Positions 50,501 to 61,429 of a DNA stretch of 64,000 nt are shown here, in pieces. How positions within the stretch are numbered: the stretch's first letter is position 1; each line of letters begins with the position of its first letter. The notes under the pieces are model-generated. The model searched no databases. It saw nothing but the letters and a program-made list of their open reading frames with translations, and had not been told where the DNA came from. A program made the position numbers and the translations under genes. Source of the DNA: Puccinia triticina (taxonomy: Eukaryota); contig CP110439.1 in assembly GCA_026914245.1 (NCBI GenBank), forward strand, positions 3,596,001 to 3,660,000, in the 5' to 3' direction.

Positions 50501-52082
50501 AGCTTTAGTGGCAGCTATCGTCAATAACCCGACAAATGATATTATTCCGAAAACTTACTCCCAAGCGCTAAAGTCGAAAGCGGCCGCAGCATGGATTACA
50601 GCAATCAAAGAAGAGCTAAAAAACCTGAATGATCTTGGTGTTTGGGATGTGAAGCTGGTTCCGGACAACACGAGAGTTCTTGGTGCACGTTGGGTATTTG
50701 CCCAAAAGTTTAATGATCTAGGAGAGGTAATCCAACATAAAGCAAGGTATGTGGCGAAAGGATACTCGCAAATAGAAGGGGAACAGTTCAATAGCACTTT
50801 CGCACCGACAGCAACTTTCATCTCGATGCGACTAATTCTGACTATTGCTGCTCACAACAACTGGCCGGTTCACTCTTTCGATTTCGTAGCGGCTTACCTG
50901 AATTCGCCCATTGACGAAGAGATTTGGGTGGAGGCTCCGAAGGGACTGGAAGTTCCGAAAGGATACGCGTGTAAACTGAATAAGGCCCTTTATGGCACAA
51001 AACAGGCGGCGTGATGTTGGTGGCAACATTTGTCAAGCATATTATTATCACTAGGTTATAAGGCTTCGCAATACGATACGAGTGTTTATTGCCTGTCTAG
51101 TTCAGCGAATGGGGGGGCAATATGGATCCATGTCGACGACGGAATAATAACGGCTCCGAAAGAATCAGACCTACAAGATCTTCAGACCCGGTTGCAAGAC
51201 TCTATCAAGATCAAATGGGCTGCGGGACTAGACAATATAGTCGGCCTTTTGATCCTACGAGATGACCAAGGATTCACTCTAACTCAGCCCAATCTGACGA
51301 ATAAAATCCTGGAAGAGAGGTGGGACGGTGTGACTACAGCTAAAACTCCTCTTCCAAATGAGACGCTCCCAGAAACAAACACCGGCGAAGGGGTTGATGC
51401 AGCCACTTATTATCACTTGGTAGGATCGCTAAGTTACCTGGCGGTTGCAACCAGACCAGATATAGCTTTTGCTGTTAATTTCCTAGCAAGATTCTCGGCG
51501 AATCCGTCCACAACTCACTGGTGTTTTCTACTACACTTAATTTGTTACCTCGGGACGACTCGACAACAAGCGCTGTTTATCCGACCCGACAAGAATGCTT
51601 CAGTGCTCTCATGTTTTGTGGATGCGAATTGGGGGGGTGAATTCTCCCGTTCATCTCATGGAATGATGGTTTTCTGTTATGGCTGTCCGGTAGCTTGGAT
51701 GTCTAAGAGACTTGCATTGGTGGCAGCTTCAACTGTGCATGCGGAATACATGGCCATGGGTATTGGAGTACGGGAAACGTTATGGATTCGCAACTTATTA
51801 TGCGACTTGACAGGAGAAGAATTCATTGCGGATGTTTTTTGTGACAACCAAGCTGCTATCAAGATTGCGACAAACGAAGGATCTAATAAAAGGACTTGAC
51901 ATACGGAACGTGACTTTTACATTAGCAACCAAGCCTACTACCGCAAACAAATCAACATCCAATGGGTGGAAAGCAAGAAACAATTTGCCGATATTTTTAC
52001 TAAGAACCTTTCACCTTTACTACATGTCAGTCAGGCGAAAGTAGTGTTGGGCGAAGCTCAGTCGAGTGGGGGGGTGTTGTAG
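47512..52082 (+). pseudogene. Copia Gag-Pol with one frameshift (~47768) and three in-frame TGA stops
   Basis: CYRCKSFGHLLANC, LFDTGAS, LRSDNRGEF, KALYGTKQA, HVDD, FVDANW. ORFs 47814, 49305 and 51030 are the same frame, split by TGA at 49176, 51012 and 51897. Confidence 0.95.
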
Positions 52083-52257
52083 CACGGTGTAATCCACTAT
52101 CGGGATTACCCCATACTACCATGTAATATTACATAACATAATATTACATAATGCTCAACCGTGCTTGTACACTATGACACTTTGTACCTACTATAAATAC
52201 TTTGTATTTCTACCTTGAATATTCTCTACCGATAATATTATTCTCTTTGCTCTATTA
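52075..52257 (+). repeat. Copia 3' LTR (TG...TA)
   Basis: Follows the PPT; followed by TSD AATGT. Confidence 0.97.
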
Positions 52258-52765
52258 AATGTTATGTTGGCGACTGTTCTGATCAGCCGGAGGCGTGGGC
52301 GTGGCAGAAAGCAGCGAGGGCGAGTGTTTTCTATAAAAGGGGGGGTGGGTTTGTATCTTGTCCCTCAGCCGAGTCTAGCCGCTGTAATTCCAGCGGGTGG
52401 TTTGGTTCAAGCCCCTCCGCTGTTGCACTTGCTCAGTTTGAGGGGAAAATACTCGTTGGCCCCCCTTTTGCATAATGCCTTCAATGCGGCGCGCTGGGGG
52501 CCATCCTCTCACTGTTTTTTGACCCTGCTAGACAGGGATGGACAGTGGGCCACGGTACATCAGCTTGCTGATGTTGGGTGGCAGGTTGTGGGCTTGTGGA
52601 TTTTTGCATTGTTTTCTCATTGTGCTTTTGTGGGGAAACCCTTGACTTTTCTTCTGCTTTTTTATGTGGGGGAAACCCTTGACTTTTTTTCCTGTTTTTT
52701 GGTAATTTGTAGGGAGAACCCTTGAATTTTTTTTTCATGATTCACTGGCTTTAATATACTTGGAT

Positions 52766-53095
52766 TTGTGATGTTCCAAATACTTTTTATTTTGTTATAT
52801 TCATTATTCTGAATTCATTTTACCCACTCATTCTTGAATTCTCATGACTTCAACTTTGTGGGTTGGCCTTCTAGAATGAGCTTTTGGGGGTACCAATGTT
52901 TCTGTCCAGTGACTGTACATTTTGATCCCAACCCCTCCCAACCCCTTTTCCAACTGATTTTTGGCAAAATAAATTGGGGAAAAACAAAAAAACAGGCCCT
53001 AAAATTCCAGACTGAGGTCCCCCGGGGGTATTTCTTGTACAGTAGGATGCCTTGCGGAACTGTGATGCAGTCTTATTCAGGCGCATGCAGACTAA
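52766..53095 (-). repeat. Second copy of foldback-MITE end plus its flank (inverted match to 10390-10638 and 11640-11715)
   Basis: ORF 52834-53100 mirrors the C-terminal part of ORF 10390-10863. Confidence 0.88.
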
Positions 53096-54477
53096 TGTAA
53101 TAGGGGCAGAAGTCTGACAGTTGACAGAGGACATCATGCAGGATCATGCAGGTGTCAAGCTAGCAAAAACACCTCATGCAGTTTGCAGATGACATCATGA
53201 CAGGATGGCAGCATGTGACCATGACATCATTTGACAGTCCAGGCTAGCTAAATTCCCTCATATGACATCATTACCTTATGTAACCTGTCAACCACTAGCT
53301 AAATTCCCTCACATGAATCATTACCTCACGTTACCTGTCAACAACCAGCTAAAATACCTCATTCTCCTGTTCCCCTGGAGCTAAAATGTCTCACTCTTTT
53401 CTATTTAAGAAGGTTCCCCTCCCCCCAGTTGTAATTTCTCCCAGAAAACTACTTGTGCTCAGCTTACCCCATAACAGTACAGCACTTGGTCACTCTACAG
53501 TATTAGCCCGACTCTATATTGTGGTTTATTTGGACGGGTATCCGCTCACCCTAGGGTATGGGAGCTGCGGCGGTTGGCAGCCATATAAAGCCGTTCTGTC
53601 AATTGGGGGGAGTCCCTCCCGGTCAACAGCAACATACAACAGTTGGCCGTAGAGATGGCCCCAACGAACCCGTTGCGGGTACCTGCTATCCGCTGGCGGG
53701 TACCCGCCCAGGGTCGGCGGGTACCCGCCAGCGTGTGCGTGTTTGGGTGCGGATGTTGGGTTTCTGGGAGAAATCCAGCGGGTACCCGGGTATCCTTAGC
53801 GGGTACCCGGGTATCCTTAGCGGGTACCCGGGTATCCTTAGTGGGTACCCTCCCTTATTTGGCCATGGGGCGGCTGCCACCGTCCACGACCCAAAGGAAT
53901 TCCTTCCAATCGAAGAGGTTGTGTAGCCTCTTCAATCAGAAGGAACCCCTTCGGGCCAAGGAGTACATAACCTCTTTGATCAGAAGGAATGCCTTCCGGT
54001 CAAAGAGGTTACACACCCTCCTTGGCCGGAAGGAGTCCTTCCAGTCAAAGAGGTTACCCAACCTCCTTGGCCGGAAGGGGTTCCTTCCAATCAAAGAGGC
54101 TACACAGCCTCTTCGACTCCTTGGCCGGAAGGGGTTCCTTCCGATCGAGGAGGCTACACAACCTCTTTGGTCGGAAGGAATGCCTTCCGGTCGAAGAGGT
54201 TACACAACCTCCTCGGCCGGAAGGATTCCTTCCAGTCGAAGAGGTTACCCAACCTCCTCGGCCAGAAGGGGTTCCTTCCGATCGAAGAGGCTACACAACC
54301 TCTTTGATTGGAAGGAATGCCTTCCGGTCGAAGAGGTTACACAACCTCCTCGGCCAAAAGGAGTCCTTCCAGTCAAAGAGGTTACTCAACCTCCTCGGCT
54401 GGATGGGGGTCCTTCCAATCAAAGAGGCTACGCAACCTCTTCAATCGGAAGGAATGCCTTCCGTTCGCAGAGGCTAA

Positions 54478-54693
54478 CACTGCCAGCATATTTGGCTGGG
54501 TAGAAGTCATCCCAGTTTGACTGGGATGCACTCAACCAATTTAAACTTGGTTGATCTCAACCAATTTAATATAAAACCAAGGGAGGTACCTTGGATTTAT
54601 ATTTCATCAGTTGAGATCACCCAAGTTGAAATTGGTTGAGTGCATCCCAGTTTAACTGGGATAACCTCAACCCAGCCAATTATGCTGGCAGTG
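54478..54693. mobile_element. CACTG-ended foldback MITE (CACTA/EnSpm-like)
   Basis: CACTGCCAGCATA...TATGCTGGCAGTG, almost fully palindromic, flanked by TAA. Confidence 0.88.
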
Positions 54694-54696
54694 TAA

Positions 54697-55060
54697 GAGC
54701 ATCCGCATCGGTGCGGGTGTAACTCGAGGAGTAACAGATCTGCTTACTCCCGGATTAGCGCTAATCCCGGCCGGCAGCCGCATCGGTGCGGGATAAAAAG
54801 CTGTGTAAGTATGTGGTATGCACCTACAGCTTATATAAGCTGTGTTTGGTGCATACTTTTGGGTGGGGAGGAGTGTCTGCATGCATGTGAATATGCATGC
54901 AGCGCTTACTCCCAGGATTAGCAAGGAGTAACTTTACTCCCGCTTACTCCAAATCGTACTCCCGGGAGGAGTTTAGTCCGATTAAATTGGACCCGATGCG
55001 GTTGCCAAGGAGGATTAGTTACGCTAATCCTCCCGTAATCCGCAACCGATGCGGATGCTC
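54697..55060. mobile_element. PIF/Harbinger (Tourist-like) MITE
   Basis: TIR GAGCATCCGCATCGGT...ACCGATGCGGATGCTC; TSD TAA. Confidence 0.9.
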
Positions 55061-55380
55061 TAACACGACCTTCCCGGCCAGAAGGAATGCCTTCCGGTCG
55101 ATTTTGAGGGGCGGGTACCTGCAGGTACCCGCTCTGACCCACTCTGCGGGTGCGGGTGCGGGTGCGGGTGTCCAATTTTTGGCAAAAAGGCTGGCGGGTA
55201 CCCGCACCCGAACAGGTACCCGGGTTCACAGGGGCCATCTCTAGTTGGCCGGGATGAGTCCCTCCGGGTCACCTGTGGCACTATAATTCTTTGGCTCTTA
55301 GCCAAAGAAAAATGTGCATTTTTCTTGGAGTGCTGGAGCTGGCCAGGCTGGCGGAGCTGAGTTCATAGGAACCTAGCCAT

Positions 55381-55980
55381 TCCATTTAGCATTCACTGCC
55401 GTTTATTTCTAGTACTTGTGTCAAGGATAGTGTAAACTTCACCCGGTTTTTACTGCGCCGCAGCTAACGCTATGCGCTTTAGGGTGTACATTTCTCCTCT
55501 AGGGCTAGTAGGGGTGATGAGTCCTCAGCTAGCCCGAGTGCGGGAAAAGGTTGAGAGTAGAAACCCCTGACTTTCTGGCCATTGGGCAGTTCGAAGGGTT
55601 AGTACTCAACCAGACTAGAAAAGAATGTTTTGTTGATTATAGAATTTTCCAAAAGAGAGTTTGAGGGCAAAAAACCCAAAAATTCAGCCCTGATTGTCCC
55701 TGTGGGGTGGGTGGGTGGTCAAAAAATTTGAGATTTAAAACTTTTTACGATGTGCCGCTGTAAAAAAGGTTTTAACTGAAATAGCTGGGATTGACGGTCA
55801 GGGAGTGGTGAGCGAGGGGAAGAGATCTCGGGGATAGAGACTCTTTATCGACTCAAGACTACATTCTTGACCAACGCTCAGGCCTGTCTATTCTATTACG
55901 GGCGGACCGCTGGTCTACGAAACACGCCCGTCCAATCCTGCGCATGGACTTTGGCACCCTCCTGCGTGCCTTGCTCGCGT
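55381..55980. mobile_element. Unclassified 600-bp insertion with 5-bp flanking direct repeat
   Basis: GCCAT on both sides; absent from the paralogous site near 13220; no TIR, no TG..CA, no poly-A. Confidence 0.75.
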
Positions 55981-58900
55981 GCCATCAAAAAAACTGGGCA
56001 GCGCAATCAATGGTCGTTAGCTGCGCTGCAAACCTCCTTACAGCAAGTTTGCCGGTTCAATTTCTCCCCCCATGCCCCATTTGGGGGTTAGGGGGCGGGT
56101 TTTTGGGGGTTGGGTTTTAGGGGTTAGGGCAGTTTTTTTAAAAAGAAACTTGGAAAGGTGTATAGTACACTGTATCGTATACGTATAGGATATGTATTGG
56201 TATGTATCAGATACGTATTGGTATGTATTTGTTAGTACACTGTATTGGTATGTATTGGATACGTATTGGTATGTATCGGATACGCATCTGCATGTATCGG
56301 ATACATATCGGATGCAGTGATACATTGTATTGGTATGTATTGGATACACCAATACAATGTATGCCAGCTTGTATCGGACACACCAATACAATGTATGCCA
56401 GCTCGTATCAGATACACCAATACAATGTATGCCAGCTCATCCAGCACCAGCCAGCGCGCCAGCTCCAGCGCTAGCCAGCGCGCCAGCTCCGCTGTCCTTT
56501 GGCTTTTAGCCAAAGAAAAATGCATTATTTTCTTCGGCTAATAGCTGAAGGAAAAAAGGGACAAAACTCCTCCCATTCAACAGTCATATTGAGCAGTCAA
56601 CCGGGAGAAATCCCTCTTGGTTGACAACTATACACACCAGTCAACCGGGAGGAATCCCTCCCAGTTGCCAAATATACACACCAGTCAACCGGGAGGAATC
56701 CCTCCCGGTTGATAACTAGACATACCAGTCAACTGGGAGGAATCCCTCCCGGTCAACAACTATACACACCAGTCAACCGGGAGGAATCCCTTCTGGTTGA
56801 CAACTAGACATGCCAGTTGACCGGGAGAAATCCCTCCCAGTCAACAGTCATATCAAGCATTCAACCGGGAGGAGTCCCTCCCAGTCAACAGCCATATCAA
56901 GCAGTCAACCGGGAGGTGTTCCTCCTGGACGACAGCATTATACAGCAGTCAACCAGGAGAAGTCCCTCCCAGTCAACAGCCATATTGAGCACTCAACCAG
57001 GAGGAGTCCCTCCCGGTTGACAGCCATATGGAGCAGTCGGCCAGTAGAAGTGCCTCCCAGTTGAATGACATATGCAGCATTCAACCGGTGAGCACATTTT
57101 GAGGGGTGGGTATCCGCCCAGGAGAGCGGGTACCTGCTGTCGGATGTGGATGCAGATGTTGGGATATGGGTTAAAAATGCTGCGGGTATCCAAACACGCG
57201 CAGGTACCCAGATGCAAAGTGACCATCTCTAAGTGTGGTTCATGTAACAGATTACATGACCTGAGTAGGGTTTTTGTGTGTATGTAACTGACTGACACCA
57301 CGGATGTTTGCTCAGCACTTGCGTGCAAGTGCCATCACCCCTCTCTTTAGGAACCCTTTAAGATCTCTTTAAGGACTTGGCTCCAAGTGATGTGTAATTT
57401 TGTGCTGAATTTTTGCTGAAGTTATGCTGAATGTTTATGAAGTCATGTTGGAAAGGGTCTGATATCATATTGATACCAACTGCAACTTGACCGTATATAT
57501 TACTTTAACTCTTTAAAAACATATGTACAACCACACTGCAATTAATTGTCAACTGCTTGGCAGAAACAATGGTTTCTTCTATTGAGACTATATAATATAT
57601 TTTGATTAATCATGGGTTTATACCAGGGGAGCTTTCTCAGCACTTGCATGCAATTTTAATTATTCAATGATTTCTTTTACCTTTTAAATTTCGTGGCAGA
57701 ACCCTACTAAGGAGACAGTGAATGTTGTGAATTTGGACATTATCAAGGATGGCATTTCAAGGCTTGCTTGATGCGGTGGAGCATAGATTTTGGTTAATTG
57801 TTTATGTGGTTCCATTGTGTTTGTTGTGTGGCACTTGGTTTGGAATTAAAACAAAGTTGTGTTGCGTTGTTTCATTTGAGGGTGTTGGTCCCCGGTGATA
57901 CAGACCTGGTGTTTGGATATCTACCCGCTGATGGTGCTGAGCCTGGTAAAGGTGGTGTATGGGGTGCCGGTGATCATTTCCTGATTGGGAGCACAGCACA
58001 GCGGTTTGTTCCCTAATTCCATAAGAAATACATCAAGCATGTAGATCAACTTGATATATGATCTTGGAAAAGAGGATTCTGATAAAAAACTCTTCAGCAA
58101 AATTCCTGATGAATCTGTTTTATAAAATAAATTCAAGTCTGAACACAAAGATTTGGTAGTAAATTTGAAACATTTGGATGTATCCAAGTATATTAAAGTC
58201 TCAGATTTGTAGAAAAAAAATTCAAGGGTTTCCCCTACAATAAGCTAAAATACAAAAAAAAAAATCAGAGGTTTTCCCTCATACAAAAAAGCCTGACAAA
58301 AGGCCGAGGTTTTGCACCAAACCAGACAACAGAGTCTGCACAACAAAACCCAAAAGCGCCCGCACCCAGCCACCTAGCGCAGCAAGCTGACGCACCGTGG
58401 CCCAAGGCCCATCCCTGTCTAGCAGGGTTAAAAAGCATTGGGAGGAAGACCCCCAGCCCTAAAGCACAAGGGGGGCCCACGAATATCCCCCGCCGGACTG
58501 CGCAAATGCAGCAGCGGACGGGGGTGAGGCGAGCTTAACCCAGCCTCTCTGGAGGAGAGCCCCGCAGGGTCTCTGTCTCACAGAGAGGCTTGCCCCCAAG
58601 CGGCGAATTCTAGCGTGAGAGCTGACAGACTGGGGGCCCGGCCAACCCCCATTTTCCCTTAAATTTATTATTGCACATCACTCTTTCTTTGTATGAGGTC
58701 ATGAGTGGTACGGCCTTGTAGCCCGGCTTCTTGCGCAGCCATCCATCTATTCATCATCCATCCGCCCCCCCAGAGCACCGCTAGACATGCCTTCAAAAAA
58801 CACAATGAGCTCCTTTCCAAATCTCAAACCGTAGTTTTTTTTTCACTCTTGTACACCACATTAACCAATAAATTTTCTGTATCCTTCCTGTAACGTGACA

Positions 58901-59170
58901 AACACATAGCATAGAAGCCACCATTACTGTACATCATCATTGCAATTCAGTCATTACTGGGCCATGATAACCAAATAACAGCCTCCAGTACAAGGTTATT
59001 TGGCCATGAAATCACCCGCGCACGAGTAAAGGAGATATTTTACACGGGTAAGTGTTTGTTTGGAGATTTCTTCCCTCGACCATAGGCCAGCGACCAAGTA
59101 TCACAAATAGTCCCTTCAGATATTACTTTGCTCCACCACTTGATCTCTTGACTCGAAGCTAGCTCCTGAT

Positions 59171-61414
59171 ATGCCCCGTCATCTGGCTGCTCCAGCCATT
59201 TCCAACCCAATAGGTTCTGGTATACGTATCAAACTGCTGAAGAAGATTTCCGACAAAAAGGATGAAGGCTTGAAGTCGGCCATCGGTCAAACTGCTCTCG
59301 AACGATACGGCCAACCGGCAAAGGACTTACAAATTGAAGCGGTATTTCATCTAGCACGCGGTAAAAACACTTTCCTACTTGCCGGCACCGGTTTTGGGAA
59401 GTCTAGAATCCCCGAGATATACTACAGTCTTCTACCAAAAACGGCACAAGGTGTCATCTTAGTTTTGAATCCTCTCGACGCGTTAGGGGACAACCAGGTG
59501 CTGGAAAAGATAAAATCAGGATTTACCGCAATCAATTTAACCAAACACACTTTCAACACGGGCGAGGCCAACAACATTCCAAACAGGGTCTACAATTTTG
59601 TTTATCTCAGCCCTGAAATATTCCTGAATAGCAAGCTTTGGGACCAAGTCTACTTCTGTCCAAATTTTCAGAATCGTCTCGCTTTGGTAGTTGTCGACGA
59701 AGCTCACATTATACATCAGTGGGGCCTTGTTGAATCTAGCAGTGGGAAGGACAAGGTGATGGCGCTGGGTCGAATTGAGGATCTGGCGATATTCAGACCT
59801 TGTTATGGGAAAACGGGTGGTCGACTGCTCACCCGAAACAACAAGCCTATTCTACTGATGTCAGCTACTTGCCGGCCGATCGCGATCAAAGGAATCAAGA
59901 AGAGCCTCAAACTTGAAGACCACAACGTCTCAATGGTGAGAGGAGAGCTTACCCGCCCAGAGTTGCGCATTATCCGGGTACCAATCACATCGTCCATGGA
60001 AAAAAGCACCGTGCTGTCAGAGTACTTCCCATCTCAAGCAGACGTGCCCGATGCATCCATTGTACCAACCCTAATATATAGTTCCACTCGTAATCGGACT
60101 TTACATGTTATGACAGCGCTGGACGTTGCTCGTGGGACCCCTGGTAGTTCACTGCGGCCGAATTCAAGCCTGGTCCGACGGTTTCACTTGTGCACTGGTC
60201 AAAAGGATAAGGTCCGGTTGGTTGAAGACTTTTCGGATAATTCATTCCCAATCATTTCCTGTACGATGGCCTTAGGCATGGGACAAAACTGGTCCAGAGT
60301 CCGATGCGTGATTCAAATGGGTCGTGCCGAGCCTTCGGCTATCTGTCAAATGATCGGAAGATGCGGGCAAGATGGTCGCCGGGGTCTTGCAATCATCTTT
60401 GTTGAGAAGACTCGGAAAGGTGGTAAAAATTTGGTGTCCGCCTTCAATTCAACTATCCGTCAGACAGATAACGATCGCATGGATGCACTGGCTGTTACGC
60501 CATGTTGTCTACGAACTGTTTTCGCAATTGATAATGCGTCAGTCTTCTCTTTTATGGGAGGTGGGATTCATGAGGATGTATTATTGATTCCGGTTTTTAC
60601 TCTGATCTTTCTTAGGCTTGGGTACGTCCCTTTGTCGCTTGAGGACCCATCTTACATCAGGGAGAAGGCGCGCGAAGGAACGAGCTTATTTCCAACATGT
60701 GATTGCTCTAATTGCATGCCCGAGGCAGCGTGTGGAATGATGAACAATATGAAGAACATGACGGCAGAAAACATGGATGAATTTATGACAACCAATTGGC
60801 CGGGACAAAATATCAAGAAGAGAAAAAACAACAAGAGGACCCATCCCGGCGAAGACGCTGGCGACGCCAAACGCATCAAGCTGTCGGCTTCGCTGACTGC
60901 AAAGTTAACCGATGAACTCCGATCAACCTTTGCTATTTTATTCAAGCACATATACCCCAACCCCTCACTTTTTGGACCCGAAGACCTGTTTGGCGAGGTG
61001 GAGTTGCAAGCAATTGTGGATCGGTTCGGTTTGATTGGTTCAGTCGCGATCCTGAGGAAGACGATAGGAGGGCAGACAATCACAGGCCAACTCGAGGCTC
61101 TCCAGAAAATCATTGACAGATTTGCGAAGGAGGTGATGGCGACTGAGACTCAACAGGAGATGGAATTGCGTTACGAGGAGGAGAGGGTGGCAGAAGCTAA
61201 AAGGGTAGAGGAGGAGGAAAAACGAGCGAGAGAACTGGAGGCCGAACGGATCACCAAAGAAATTGAGGACAACCGCAAACGTGCCGAGCAAGAACACAAA
61301 CGTGGAGAAGAGGCTTGGAAGGCGGAGCAGGCGTTGCATATGTCAATGCTTGTCAAGTTAGCGGGGGAAGAGGCCGAGAGACGAGGGGTTGAAAGCATCC
61401 ATCGGGGCCGATAA
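59171..61414 (+). CDS. RecQ-like SF2 helicase of AcademH (probable intron 60538-60615)
   Basis: AGTGFGKS, VVVDEAH, MSAT, CTMALGMG, QMIGRCGQDG (motif VI Arg apparently changed to Gln), Cys cluster CCLR..CDCSNC, charged coiled-coil tail. Confidence 0.92.
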   Translation: MPRHLAAPAISNPIGSGIRIKLLKKISDKKDEGLKSAIGQTALERYGQPAKDLQIEAVFHLARGKNTFLLAGTGFGKSRIPEIYYSLLPKTAQGVILVLNPLDALGDNQVLEKIKSGFTAINLTKHTFNTGEANNIPNRVYNFVYLSPEIFLNSKLWDQVYFCPNFQNRLALVVVDEAHIIHQWGLVESSSGKDKVMALGRIEDLAIFRPCYGKTGGRLLTRNNKPILLMSATCRPIAIKGIKKSLKLEDHNVSMVRGELTRPELRIIRVPITSSMEKSTVLSEYFPSQADVPDASIVPTLIYSSTRNRTLHVMTALDVARGTPGSSLRPNSSLVRRFHLCTGQKDKVRLVEDFSDNSFPIISCTMALGMGQNWSRVRCVIQMGRAEPSAICQMIGRCGQDGRRGLAIIFVEKTRKGGKNLVSAFNSTIRQTDNDRMDALAVTPCCLRTVFAIDNASVFSFMGGGIHEDVLLIPVFTLIFLRLGYVPLSLEDPSYIREKAREGTSLFPTCDCSNCMPEAACGMMNNMKNMTAENMDEFMTTNWPGQNIKKRKNNKRTHPGEDAGDAKRIKLSASLTAKLTDELRSTFAILFKHIYPNPSLFGPEDLFGEVELQAIVDRFGLIGSVAILRKTIGGQTITGQLEALQKIIDRFAKEVMATETQQEMELRYEEERVAEAKRVEEEEKRARELEAERITKEIEDNRKRAEQEHKRGEEAWKAEQALHMSMLVKLAGEEAERRGVESIHRGR

Positions 61415-61429
61415 ATATTGCGGGTGAAT

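Larger units (their letters stand above)
46602..52257 (+). mobile_element. Complete Ty1/Copia retrotransposon
   Basis: Two 183-bp LTRs, 5-bp TSD AATGT, PBS GGTTATGAGCC (46785-46795), G-rich PPT ending 52074, gag-PR-IN-RT-RH. Confidence 0.98.
53650..55243. mobile_element. Non-autonomous hAT element
   Basis: TIR TAGAGATGGCCCC...GGGGCCATCTCTA; perfect 8-bp TSD GTTGGCCG; internal GGAAGG..CCTTCC / GAGGTTACACAACCTC minisatellite (~53890-54475). Confidence 0.95.
53527..57231. mobile_element. Second, left-truncated copy of the non-autonomous hAT at 12821-14932, with four nested insertions
   Basis: Collinear with 12956-14932; same right TIR and same downstream flank AGTGTGGTTCATGTAACAG. Confidence 0.88.

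Noticed and set aside
49176..51899. TGA recoding (readthrough or selenocysteine) in Copia pol
   Set aside because: Positions fit Arg codons, so CGA->TGA decay is the simpler explanation, and a frameshift is also present.
53096..53520. Possible solo LTR starting TGTAATAGG
   Set aside because: No CA end or TSD identified; left unannotated.
53558..54520. 286-aa and 162-aa ORFs
   Set aside because: Products of a minisatellite within a hAT derivative; no domain signal.
55510..55550. Hammerhead-like TGATGA...GAAA
   Set aside because: Core reads GTGATGA rather than CTGATGA, and I could not form the three stems.
59171..61414. Host RecQ/Sgs1 gene
   Set aside because: Lacks the long Sgs1 N-terminus, is paired convergently with an Academ-type transposase and lies inside a TE terminus.
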